Origin: Neocallimastix sp. 'constans'
Lineage: Eukaryota
NCBI GenBank assembly: GCA_050613775.1
Contig: JBODTK010000016.1
Location: forward strand, 248,001-312,000
Length of the DNA: 64,000 bases
Direction: 5' to 3'
This document shows, piece after piece, positions 39,863 to 53,713 of this stretch (position 1 is its first letter; every line of letters starts with the position of its first letter). The position numbers and the translations under genes were made by a program. The notes under the pieces were generated by a model. It was given only the letters and a program-made list of their open reading frames with translations. It searched no databases and had not been told where the DNA came from.

Positions 39863-40479
39863 TTTAATAAATAATAATTTGATAATTTTAAATCCATACA
39901 CAATAAAATTTAAAAAAAAAAAAAAAATAATAAATAAATAAATAAAATTTACTAAGCAAAACAAGTATTAATATAAAATTTACCAAACAAGTATTAACAC
40001 TATTATTTTTACTTTCTTTTTTATTTTTTAAATAATTATTTCTTTATTTAATTTTTTTATTTTTTTTTTCTTTCATTTTATTTTTATTTTTTTTTATTAA
40101 TTTATTTTTTTTTATTTTTTTTTTTTTTTTTTTTTAATTATATATTTATTCAATTATTATTATCTTTTATTTTTTTTTCTTTAGTTATTTAAAGAAATAA
40201 AATAAAATAATGATTGCTTGTTTATTCGCTTATTTGAACTTTTAAATATTTATACTTTTTTTAATAAATATTGTATATAATTTCCGATATATAATTATAT
40301 ATAAATTCCATTAATATATAATTCTATATCTAATTAAATAATATTTTTATCATTTTCTATAAATAAATAATTTAATTATAAACGTTTTTAGCTTGTTAGT
40401 CAATTTAATTTCATCAATGAACATCGTATTATTTTTTTTCTTTCTTCTTTTTTTCTAAATTTATTTCATTTTAAATAAT

Positions 40480-41137
40480 TTAGAAAAGGAAGTAAAGAGT
40501 AGAGCAAACGAGACCAACTAAACCGGTAATAGCAGTACGTGGGGAAGCAGCACTGACAGTAGCATTGGCAGTGTTGTTAACGGCGTTAGCAGTATTGTTA
40601 GCAGCAACGACAGTGTTGTTAGCAGCATTAACAGCGCTAGTAGCAGCAGCTCCAGCAGCTTCGGTGGCAGTGGCAGCAGCACCATTGGCAGCATTAGCGG
40701 CAGTATTAGCGGCATCAGTAGCAGTACCAGCAGCGGCACCAGCGGCAGCAGCAGCAGCACCAGAACCAGCACCTAAGAATTCAGTATCAATACAGTTGTT
40801 GTAACAGCTGATAGAACCATCACACTTACTAATACAAGATTCAACATTGTTAACTTGTTGAACAGTTGGAGCTGGAACATTGAAACAGTGAGCGATACAA
40901 ACAACATCATCACCACAGTTCTTGGACTTAACACATTCTATTTATATTTTATTAAGTTCAAAATTGTGATTTTATTAACATTTTAGAATTCATTAATAAC
41001 TTCATATTTTATTTTAATTTATTTTTATAGAATTTTATTTTTTCTTTTTATTTATTATTCTTTAATATACCTTCGGCGGTTTCGGCAGAAACAGCTAAAG
41101 CAGCAGCGGCAGCTAATAAAACGTAGTTGAATTTCAT
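40480..41137 (-). CDS. Small secreted, probably GPI-anchored 8-Cys protein with an Ala/Asn/Thr-rich stalk (174 aa, 2 exons)
   Basis: Exons 41071-41137 and 40480-40937 splice in frame: signal MKFNYVLLAAAAALAVSA, ECVKSKNCGDDVVCIAHCFNVPAPTVQQVNNVESCISKCDGSISCYNNCIDTEF, hydrophobic tail TAITGLVGLVCSTLYFLF. Not in the ORF track. Confidence 0.88.
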
Positions 41138-43807
41138 TTTCTCTATTTAATATTTATTAAAAAAATTTATATTTTTTTTTATATATGTATAAAATTTCAA
41201 TGTTAAGAAATTATATTGTTTATATACCTTTTTTTTTATTTATTATTTTTAAAAATATAAATTAATATTTAATTTAATTGTTTAAATTTCATAGGTTGTT
41301 TTTTTTTTTTTTTTTTTAATATTATAAAAAGATAAAATCATTTCAACATGAACTTTAATAATATAAATTTTAATTATTATTAAACTTTACAAAAAAAAAT
41401 AATAATATGTTAATAATTAATAAATAGAATATATTAAAAAATATATTTTTTATATTAAATATATTAATGTTTTAAATCATCTATAATATAATAAATATAT
41501 AAAATTATATATTATTATAATTATTAAATCTAAATAAATAGAAGAAAATTATATTAAAATATTAGCATTTTATGATAAATTTTATACATATAGAAAAATA
41601 ATATATTAAATAATCTAGTGTAATATATATTTTAAATGCATTTTTTAAATATAGTATTTATATCAAATCATATATTAAAATATGGAAATAATATAAAAAA
41701 ATGTAGTATAATTTAATGTTTACATTAAAATACAAATGAAATGTAATTAATCTGAAACGAAAAGTAAATTTTAATATAATTTTTCTTATTGTATATTCTT
41801 TTTTTTTTTTATTAACAATATATTAAAATGTATTATTTTTTATTATTTATTTTACTATTGATAATATATTAGTATTGTAAATAAACTTTCATTTTTAAAA
41901 AAATAAATAATAAAAAAATACTATAAACTTTCTTTAAAGGGAAATTAAATTAAGTTTGATATCCATTTAAAAAAAAAAAAAAAAAAAAAAAAAGAAAAGT
42001 GTGACAAAAATTTTTTTTTCATATTTTTTTTTTATGATTAAAGATAAATAATATATAATATATATTTTATATATATATAACATATATATATAATTTTATT
42101 CTAATCTAATCGTATTGATGACAATCTAATTTATTATTTTATTCTATATATATATTATATATATATCTAATACTATTTATTAAAAGTTATTTATTTTATT
42201 TATTAATATAATAAAAAATTTTTATATATTTAATATTGATTCCATTTATATATAAGGCTTAGTCAATTGTTGGACATGTAAGAGCATTGAATAATAATAA
42301 TACCAAAAAGTAGTAATAATAAGTATTAAAAATAAATAATAATAATAGTAATAATAATATAATAAAAATAAATATTAGTAAATAAACATTATAAATGAAA
42401 ATAAAATAATAATAATAAAAAAAATAATAATTAAAAAAATAATAATTAAAAAAAATCATTATAACATTAATAATAATAATCATTTTAAAATTCTGTGATA
42501 CGTAATTCATCTTTCATTTGATTTTTTTTTTAACTTAACAGATATTACTTTTAGAAAAACTATTATTATTCTGCATTATTTAAATAGATAAATTATTAAA
42601 AATTTGCACTGATGAGTTATTTCAATATATTCTGGATAATATACAAAATGAAAATATAAGAAACTTTTTATCATCGGTTTAAATACATTATAAATAAATT
42701 CATTCAATTCTCTTTACATAATTTATATAGGTATGAAGAAGTTCAGTAGCAGAAACACGTTTCATATATACGTTTACATCTTTCATTCATTATTTAACAT
42801 TTATACAATAATTATTAATCATTACTATTAACTATCATTCATATATAATTCATTAATTAATTAATTATTTATTTATATATTTATTTATTTACTTTTGTTC
42901 ATTTATTTAATTAATTAATTTATAAATTAATTTATTATACATTTGTTTGTTTATATATATATATATTATTTAGGTCAAACTTTAATAATTATTCATACAT
43001 TAATTATAATTTTAATTCATTTATTAATTGTTATTCGTACATTGAATTATTTAATAGCATTTGTTAAAACTCAAAACATTTAAAGTTTAAAGATTCAAAA
43101 CATGAATTAGATTGATTAATCATTAAACTATAATGAAAATCAACCAATGGGAAGACTTGAAATGAATGTATTACAAAGTACAAATTTAATTTAATTTTAA
43201 TTAGCAATAGTAATAATAGTATTAAATAATATAAAAATAATTAATATATAAATAATAAATAATAAATAATAAATAATGTATAATAATTAATAACAAAGAT
43301 TGAAATTTTTTTTTAAAAAAAAAAATATAAAAAAAACCAAAAAATAATTAATAATACATATTAATAAAATAATAAAATAAAGTAGTATTAATTTTTGTAA
43401 TAATAATGGTAAAGTAGTAATAATAATACATTAAGTGGAAGAAGAAAAAAAAAACAAAAAGATAATAATAATATTAAATAAATAAATAAATATTTATTTA
43501 AAGATAAACCTCATCCATAATCAATCAAATATTTTTAAATTGTGTTTCATAGTTTCATATACATTTTTTTTTTAAAGTAAAATTATTAATATTTAAGTAG
43601 GATACAAAAAATAATTTATCGAAAATAAATACGTAAATCTTTTGTGGATTTTTTTTTTTTTTTATTAATAAAAAAAAAAAATAATTAATGAAACATTTAT
43701 TATATATATATCATTATATTAACCAATACCAATATCAATGATAATAATGATTAAATAAATTTAAATATGACATTGTTAATAAAGAAAATTTAGTTAAAGA
43801 TGAAATA

Positions 43808-43950
<143 letters not shown>

Positions 43951-45044
43951 TTTAAATGTAGAAATTGATTTTCAAATTATTATTATTATTATTTTTTTTA
44001 TAGATATACAAGTAAAATAATGATAATATAATACATAAAAAATTTTAAATATTAAAGAAAACAAATTTTTTTCTTGTTATTCATAAAATCAGATTTGTTT
44101 AGATTAAAATAATAAATTATTAATTTTTATATTTGATTTTTCTTATCGCTTTTTAATATATATAATTAATATTTTGTATATATGTCTTTCATATGTTTAT
44201 AACAATTTATGGATTATTTAGGCTTTTCATATGTTATTTATATATATATAAATGTTTTATTCTTTGTAATATTAATATTTACTATTTATTCAGTTAAAAG
44301 TTTGTTTATTAGAAATTATATTTCTATATATATCTTTTATAACTGTATCTGTTAAAATCATTAATTAATCCATATTAACTTCATAATTCCATAAAAAAAA
44401 AATTTTTTTTTTTTATTATTCCACATTTTTTTTTTTTTTTTGAGAAATTCATTTTTTTTTTAAAACAAATAATTATTAATAGTATATTAATTATAGCATA
44501 TTCTATAAAAAAAAAATTCAATTTGTTATATATTTTAGGTTTTTTTTTTTATAATTTTTTTAAATTTTTTTTTATATTAATATATATAAATAAATATTTT
44601 CTATATTTTCTAAAAAAAAAATAATAATTCATAAATATTAAACGTATTAAATTAAGTAGGTATTTACTTTTTATTTATTATTTTATTTATTGTGACCATA
44701 ATTATAAATACTGGAGTTATATTGAATTTATATTAATTAAAGTAGACTTTAAAAGTTTAAAATGAAATATACATGATATTTTTTTTTTTATTTAATTTTA
44801 TATAAATAAAGTTTCAGTAAAATAAAATAATAAAAAATAAAAAATAAAAAATAAATAAATAAATAAAAAAAAAAACCGAATTAAAAATATTAAAATATAT
44901 ATATATATTTTTTATTCAAATTAAAAGTTTACATAATCATTATTATTATTAATATCATTATTGTTAACTATTATTATATTTTTTTTTTTTTTAGACCAGA
45001 AATAAAATTTATTTAAAATATATAAAATAAAGATTGAAATTATG

Positions 45045-45082
<38 letters not shown>

Positions 45083-45493
45083 CGGTAAATAAAATTTAAT
45101 GTTTATTAGTAGAGTATACTGGATTGATTATTTTATATTGAATATATAACAATATATAAATTTAAAAATAAAAATAAAAAATAAAAAAAAAAAATTATAA
45201 TAAATTAAATAAATATCTAATATTGTAATAATAATATATTTATTTATTTTTTATTTTTTATTTTTTATCTTATTTTTATTTCTTATTTTATTTTTTATTT
45301 TTTATTTTATTTCTATTTTTTATTTTCTATTTTTTATTTTTTAATTTTTTAATTTTTTAATTTTTTATTTTTTATTTTTTTATTTTCTTATTTTTTATTT
45401 TTTATTTTTTTTTTTTGTATAAATTATTAATTAATAGGTTTAATTTTAAAAAAAAAAATTTTTTTTTTATTTTTATTTTATTATTATTTTCTT

Positions 45494-46428
45494 CTATAAT
45501 TCTGAGGTTTCTTCCTCCTCTTCCTCATTTAAAAGTTCATCAGGTAATATTTTATTATTGGAGTAGAAAAAGAAATCTTCTTCTGCTTTCTCCTCTTCCT
45601 CTTTAGTTATTGGTAAAAATGATTCCCTTTCTTGCAATTCTAATGCTTTTTGTTGCTCTATAGCTTTTCTAATTCGTTCTTCCTTTTCTATTCTTTCTTG
45701 TTCTTTTTTCTTAAGTTCTTCCTTCTCTTCTTCTTCCTCTTCCTCTTCTTCTTCTCTTTGTACTTCTTTTTTTACTTCTTGTTCTTCGTTTTGTCCTTCT
45801 CTTTCATTGTTTTTTCTTTCATTATCAGCTATTCTTTTTTTTATTTTTTCCTTTTCTTCTTCTTCCTTCTTTTGAATATTTATAGCTTTTTCCATTTGTT
45901 TAGCCATATCAGATATAATTTTCTTTTCTTTCATAATTTCTTTTTCTTTTTCTTTTTCTTTTCCTTTATTTTTTTCTTCTTCTTCTTCTTCTACATAATT
46001 GGAACGAAGAAGTGCTGCTTCTGAATCACGCAATAAACTCTTAATCGCTTCTACTAAATTACTGGCACATATCACTAATTGTTTATCCCCATCCATATCA
46101 AATCGACTACCAGATTTAACGGCTACTACTACTTTAAGTTGCTGTCCTATCGTATTAATACGTTCTACTGTATTAAGCAGTTGATGTTTAAGTCGTTTAT
46201 CGGTGCAAGTTTCACTAATTTTTTGAGCATAGTTTAAAATTTTAACACAATCCATCATTTCTTGTGCAGTACGAATTAACATTTTTTTTGCTTGAGGTTT
46301 ACTACGAATAATTTGATTGTAGTAGGAAAGTTCATCTAATTTTTGCGCAATGACATTAGCCTTATCAATAATTGGATTATTTTCTTGTTTCCATTTTGAT
46401 GCTGCTAATTTCAAATCATAAGCGACAG

Positions 46429-46479
<51 letters not shown>

Positions 46480-46679
46480 TTTATTTTATTTTTTTTTAAA
46501 TATATAAATATATATTATATTTTTATATTATATAAGTTAGTATGTTAGTATAAATCAGTCAATAAATAAATATGCTAATAAATAAAAAATAATTATATAA
46601 TAATTATATATATATATATATAATTATTTTATATTATTTTATATTTAATATAAATATTATTATAAAAAAAAATAATAAA

Positions 46680-46714
<35 letters not shown>

Positions 46715-46735
46715 TAAAAATAATAATAAAAATAA

Positions 46736-46772
<37 letters not shown>

Positions 46773-46826
46773 GAAATAAAAATAAAATAATAATAATAAT
46801 AATAATAATAATAGAAATAAAAATAA

Positions 46827-46857
<31 letters not shown>

Positions 46858-49636
46858 GAAATAAAAATAAAATAATAATAATAATAATAATAATAATAGT
46901 AATAGAAATAAAAATAATAATAATAAATAAAAAAGTTTATATTACTTTAATTGGATTATTGGTAGCTTCATCTTTATTTAATGGTTGTACAATGAGATTA
47001 CTATCAGCTAATGGTGATTGATAAATAAAACTCAAATTATTAACACTGAAACTTGTATTACTGGTGGAGGAGATATTGGAGGTGGTAGAAGAGTTTAAAG
47101 AATTTTGACGTAGATTAGGACGAGTAGTAGTTGAAATCGGAGAACGTGGAGATAAGGGGGAAAGAGAGGATAATGATGATGATGATGATAATGGGGATTT
47201 ATGACCTTTACTTTTACCTCCTTTATTATTACTATTTAAGGCTAAAGAACTTGGGTTAAGTAAATAATCGGTTTGAGAAGACCGTTTCATTGCTGAAGGT
47301 GGAGTAGGTGGAAGTTCTTTAGAAATGGCATATCGACGATTAATACGAATAATTTGATCCAAGGTTTCAACCTCTTTTTTTAATTTAGTTAAACGATTTT
47401 TAATTTCTGAAAATTTTAATCTTTCTAATTCATCTCTTTGTTGAGTAGGTAATGGCATTTGACTAAGATCAGCAAAAGTCATATCGGATATAAGTCTGGA
47501 GGTATCTCCTGAACTTGTACTAATAGCTTCATTTAATTTTTCAAAGGTTTCTCTAGTAGAATCCTTAATTTCACGGTTATTCATATTTTTACCAATAAAT
47601 TTCATTTCTTAATATTTATTTTTTTATTTATTTTATTTTATTTTATTTTATTATTTTTTTTTTTATAGTATTTAAATTATATATATATTTTTAAAAAAAA
47701 AAAAAAGAATATAAATTTATATAAAAATATTATTTATTTAAATTTAAGAATTAGTATATTTATAATTAAGTATTTATATGTATTATTTTAATATTTAAAT
47801 AATTTATGTTTAATAATATATATTTATGAATAATAATTAATAATATATGATGTATTAAATAAAAAATAAATATGACATATATATAAAAAATCTTACCATT
47901 TTTTATTTCTTTAATTGATTTTTTCAATCGATCACGATAGGAATTATCCTCAGTATTGATACATTCATTCTTTGAAATATCAATTAATTGATTTACTGTA
48001 GCTAAGATTGATTTATATTCTACAGGTAAATCTTCAATATTATTATCTTCATTTTTACAGAGTGCCTTAATATGTCCATTAATATTTAAACCTAACAAAT
48101 AATTAAATAAATAAAATTATATTATTAGTATAAATTTATTAACATAAATTATACTCGGGTTATATATATATTTACAAAATTATTAAATAAATAAATAAAT
48201 AAATAAAAAAGAATTTATACAATTAAATAAATGATTAAATTATATAAATAAATATAACAAATATAATAAATATAAAAAATATATTATATATAATAAATAA
48301 ATTAATAAAATAAATTCTTTACTTGAACTGTCAAGAAGATCTTTCATCGAAAATACTCCTTCTTGATTAATAATATAGGACTTCACGTCATTGACAAGAT
48401 ATTCCCATGTATTAATTATATTATCATAAAATAAATTAAAATTGCTTTCTTCCTTATGCTGACCGATAGCATAACTCGTCTTTAAGAGAAGAGGATAAAA
48501 TTGACCAATAATACTTACTTTTTTAAAAATAACATCTTTATGAATTTGTAAATTTTCATTTGAGAGTAAATTAACAACACGTTCTAATATAAAAATAAAT
48601 TGATTTTTATAAATTTTTAAAGCATGGACTATGGGATAATCTTCTTCTTCTTCGGTTATTCCTGGTATTGTTTTATTAATATTATGAATTAATTCCATTA
48701 TTGATTCATTTTCATTTCCATTGTTATTTTTATTATTGATATTTGTATCTTTATATTTTTTTAAATATTGCATTTCCTTTTGACTTTCGATATAGAGTTG
48801 AAGTTGTTGTTCATGATAAGGTTGTAAAGTGGCTTCCTTTAATGTTCCTGCTTTGGCTTCACTTACAAAACTTCCAAAAAGAGAATCCATATTAGTGGAA
48901 TTAGCCATTTCATCTGAAATTACAACAATAGAGGATATTACACATTTATTAAATAAATCTTTAAGATAAAGTAGATATTCCGTACGATATTCTAATTCAG
49001 CTACTAATTGATTTCTTAATGAATAAGGATAATTACTATTTTGACAATTTTTTATTAGATCTATAAAATCTACTTCTTTTCTTTTTAATAATCCAATTGT
49101 AGCACTAATATTTTGTTTTTGATTTGGGTCATATATAATTGGAAGTTGTTCTTTTTTTATTTAATAATAAATAATAATAAATAATAATAAATAAATATAA
49201 ATATAAATATAATATTAATATAAATATAAATATAAATATAAATATAAATATATGTTGAATATGAATATATATATATATAAATTTATATATATCAACAATA
49301 ATATTATTATTAATCACGTCAATAATAATATTAATAATTATAACAATAGTAACAGTAACAAAAATAGTTCATTTATAGAATTATTTTACCTTTTATATAA
49401 TTTAATACTGAATTATAACTAGATAAATACTTTTCTAATAAATCAAAAGCATTTTTATATTGTTTTTTAGAATGTAATTGTTGAAATATATATTGATAAT
49501 TATGTACATTTTCCATCATTTGAGTCAATGATCCTCCCTTATTTATTTTTATAATTATTGAAATAATGTATTTAACAAAAAAAAAAAAAAATATTTGTTT
49601 ATACATATACATGTAATTTAATTAAATAAATCAATG

Positions 49637-49678
<42 letters not shown>

Positions 49679-49722
49679 TATTATAGATAGAATAAAAAAA
49701 AAAAAAAAAAAATAGATATTAT

Positions 49723-49764
<42 letters not shown>

Positions 49765-50915
49765 CAATAATAATAAATAATATCATATAAAAAAAATTTA
49801 AAAAAAAAAAAAAGATTATTCTTTTTTACTTTTGAAGTTTCTATGGTTTTTGAATCGTCATCACTAACAATATTATCAATATCTTGACAAGTTCTCTTTA
49901 AAATATTACAAATTATACATTTTGAAGTAGTTATACTATCCGAATCAAAATTTTTAAGAATAGCTTTGTAGGAATTTAAAAGCAAAGGCGTAATTTTAGA
50001 TATGGTATTAACAGATATACGTAAACGAAGTTGAGATTGATGTGATAAAAGTTCAGGTATTCTATTATTTACTTGAGCAGCTAACGCCATAGAGCACTGA
50101 GAAAGTTGTCGTAATGTAGAAATAGAATCCTGTACGGATTTTTCTTGATTTGTTGAATCAATAAGTTCACGTATATATTGAGATATTGCTTTAATTTTTC
50201 GAATTTCAGTTTCATCATAAATGTCTAGAACATTAGTTATTCCTGATAATATTGTTTGAATTGCTACTACAAGCATATCTCGACCTTCTTTACTTTTTGT
50301 ATCCTGCTTTAATAATTCAGCTGATTGAAGTAATAATTTTGAGGCTTCCATTACTTAATAATATAAAATAAAAATTAAAAAAAAAAAAAATAATAATATT
50401 TTTTTTTCAATAATGAAATTTAAATTTAATTTTAATTCAAAATAAATATACATTGTAATTTTTGTATTTAATATAGTATTGAATATCATATATATTAACA
50501 TAAATTATAATTGAATTATATTATATATAAAACGATAATAATATATATAAAAATTAGAAAAAAAAAAAATATTTAAAAAAAGGTTATGATTATAAATATA
50601 TATATAAATAAAATAAATAAAATTAAAAAATTAATAATTATCATTTATAAATATATATATATTTTTTATTGAAAATCAACCTTCGTTGCAGCCTTCAGGC
50701 ATTTTTTGTTGTAGTATAACATCTTCTTTTATACTATTCATATAAGTATAGCCAACTTTTACAACTTGTTCGATTTGTTTTGATACTGCATTTGCAAAAT
50801 TTGTTATATCCGGAAAATCTGAATTATTCTCTGTAACTTCTTCATTTAATATTATTAATTCTGATATTATTTCAACAATTGGAGATAATATTTTTTTCTT
50901 GGTTATTGTATTCAT
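45494..50915 (-). CDS. Vinculin/alpha-catenin family protein, multi-exon
   Basis: N-terminus TITKKKILSPIVEIISELIILNE and vinculin-tail motifs CTDKRLKHQLL..ERINTIGQQLKVVVAVK and LVICASNLVEAIKSLLRDSEAA; Pro/Ser linker; Glu/Lys-rich C-terminal extension. Confidence 0.85.
46680..46925. repeat. Compound intronic minisatellite (AAT)n-AGAAATAAAAATAAA
   Basis: Repeated units in the last vinculin intron. Confidence 0.75.
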
Positions 50916-53675
50916 TTTTATTATATTTATTTTTATTTATTCATATAAATATATATATATATAAGCCTTCTTAATAGATAGAATAGATATAAAATTTTAG
51001 TACTTTAGATATATTAATAATTTCTTTTCTTCTTTCTTTTTTTTTTTTTTTTTTTTTTCTGTATGTTTATTTTGTTTAATGAATTTATTTCTAAGTTTTT
51101 TTTTTTTTTTATTATGATGGAAAAGAATAATTAATTTATTTTAATAAATTTGATTGAATCTTTCTATAAGTTTATTATTATTAATAATATTGTTTATAGA
51201 TTATGGTATATATAATAAATAAATAAATAAATTAATAAAAAAATATTGATTATTTTATTATTAAAAAAATATTTGTTTTAATATTCCTAAAATTTGGTAT
51301 ATATAGTGAAATTAGGAATAATTATAATGTTTTCGTAATTTATTTTATTTATTACTATTGTTATTGTTATTATTACTATTATTTTATTTTATTTTTTTTT
51401 ATTTTTTATTTTTATTTTTTTTTTTTTTTTTTAATAATTTTAAGGTTTATTAATATTTATTTTTAATTAATGTCGTATTATTATTTTAATTGTAAGATTT
51501 AATTTTTGAACTATACAGTTATACTTAATAAATATAATTAATAATTAAAAGAAATTTACTTTCAATTTTAAAATTTCTTTTTAATTACTAATTATATTCA
51601 TCAATTCGTTAATTTTTATCATAAATAATTAAGGAGGAAAATAGTAACTGTTATCAATAATAAATTTATTTTTATTTATATATAAGGAAAAAAAAAATTT
51701 TTTTAAATTAAAAATTTTTTTTTTAATATGATCTTTTATATGGTACTACATAAATTAATTTTTTTTCTTTGTGCTTTATATTGCGGTGGCAAGTTTAATT
51801 GTAAATTACAATAATTTTTTATAAATTTTTCTATTATTATTAAATATAGAATATAAATAAAAAAATATCAGAATTTATGTAATATTTATTTATTATTTTA
51901 TTATTATAGCTATTATTGTATTTTTTATCATTTTTTATTCTGCGAATGATTTTATTATTATTTTTATTATACAGATATTACATATGTATATTATAGTATA
52001 AATATGAAAAATTTAATAAATAATGATTTAAAATTTAATAATTAATACTTAATTTAATATTTAAAAAAATTTTTTTAGGTATTTATTAAATAAAAGAAGG
52101 ATAATCATAAAATATTTATCATTAATCTTTTCACAATTTCAAATAAAATGATGTTTTATTTTTAGACAAATTACTTTTTTTTTTTTTTTACTTAATATTT
52201 TTTAATATTAAAAAATTTTTTTTTTGGTTTAAAAATTAGTTTCATATGTATAGTTTCTATTGAAGAAATTCCTTTATATTTAAAAGTACATTTAATTATG
52301 GTAATGGTTAATATTATTTGTAAATTAATATCATTTTAATTTTCCAATTAATACTTTTTAAATTGAAACAAATACTAATAAAAATATAAAATTTAAAAAT
52401 AAAAGTATAAAATCTGAAATATATATAAAAATAGTTGTAAAATTTAATCTTTTATTTTTAATTAAAATATTTTTATAAAATAAATATATGAATATACATA
52501 TATATTTTTACAATTCATAATATTTCAATATTTAAAAGAATATCGGCCTTTTTTTTATAATATATAATTGATGTTTAATTTTTTTTTTTTACCTTTATTT
52601 TATTATTATTATTTTGAATAAGTTTTATAGTTTTTTTTTTTTTTTTTTAACAAAATTTATATTAATTTAAGGTTACACAATTTAAAATAAAGAGTTACCA
52701 TCATCTTAAAATTAAAAACTTTAATTATTAATAAACATTAATAATATAGTATTTTTTATTAAATATTTAATATTATTAAATATTTTAATATATTAAAATT
52801 ACTTTTTTTTACTTTTTTTTTTTTTTTATTTTATTTTTTATTTTTTTTTAAAGTTTTTGAATTTTTAAATTTTTAAAATTTTTAATTTCTTAAAAAAATC
52901 ATTTACTAATCTTTTTTTTCTTTATTTTGGCTTTATTTTTTTTTAAAAGGTTAAAAAAGCTTAAAAATGAAATCATTTTATTATTATTAATTTTTTAATC
53001 TTGATATAGAATGTTATTATTATCTTTTTATTTTAAAATAATTTAAAATACTATATATTTTTATTAAAAAATATATGATTATTTAGATATTTAAATAATT
53101 GTTAATAAGCATTATAACATTTTAATAATGTTTGTAAAATCCATTTGAAAATATTTAAACAAATATATATTATTATTACTATTATTATTTCTATTTGTCA
53201 AAACAAATTAAAAAGAAAAAAGAAAACAAAAAACAGAAAATAAAATAAAAGTTTTTAAATTAAAAATAGATATTAAATATTGAATAGTAAATTTTATAAT
53301 AATAATATAATATAACCATTTATTTTGAAAATTTAAATTATATATAAATATATTATTATTATTATCAAAGATATCATAAAAGAAAATTAAAACTATATAA
53401 AAATATTAATATAAAATCTTAAAAATATTTTTATTAATATATTTTAAAAATTAATAATACATTTATATCAAACTATCATTAAATCAATATATGTAATAGA
53501 ATTTATATAGCAAATTCAATAATATATTTATTTTTATAATTCTTCATTAAAAAATAAAACAAACAAACAAATAAACAAGAAAGAAAACAAAACATAATTA
53601 AAAAAAATTAAACAAAATAAAATAAAATAATATCTCAAAAAATTTTTGAAATTAATAATATATATTTATAACTTT

Positions 53676-53710
<35 letters not shown>

Positions 53711-53713
<3 letters not shown>

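Noticed and set aside
40518..40804. Leu-rich and Ala-rich ORFs in the ORF track
   Set aside because: Wrong-frame and antisense readings of the secreted protein gene at 40480-41137.
42530..42830. Possible membrane-protein pseudogene on +
   Set aside because: Multiple stops and no identifiable motif; cannot be supported without a search.
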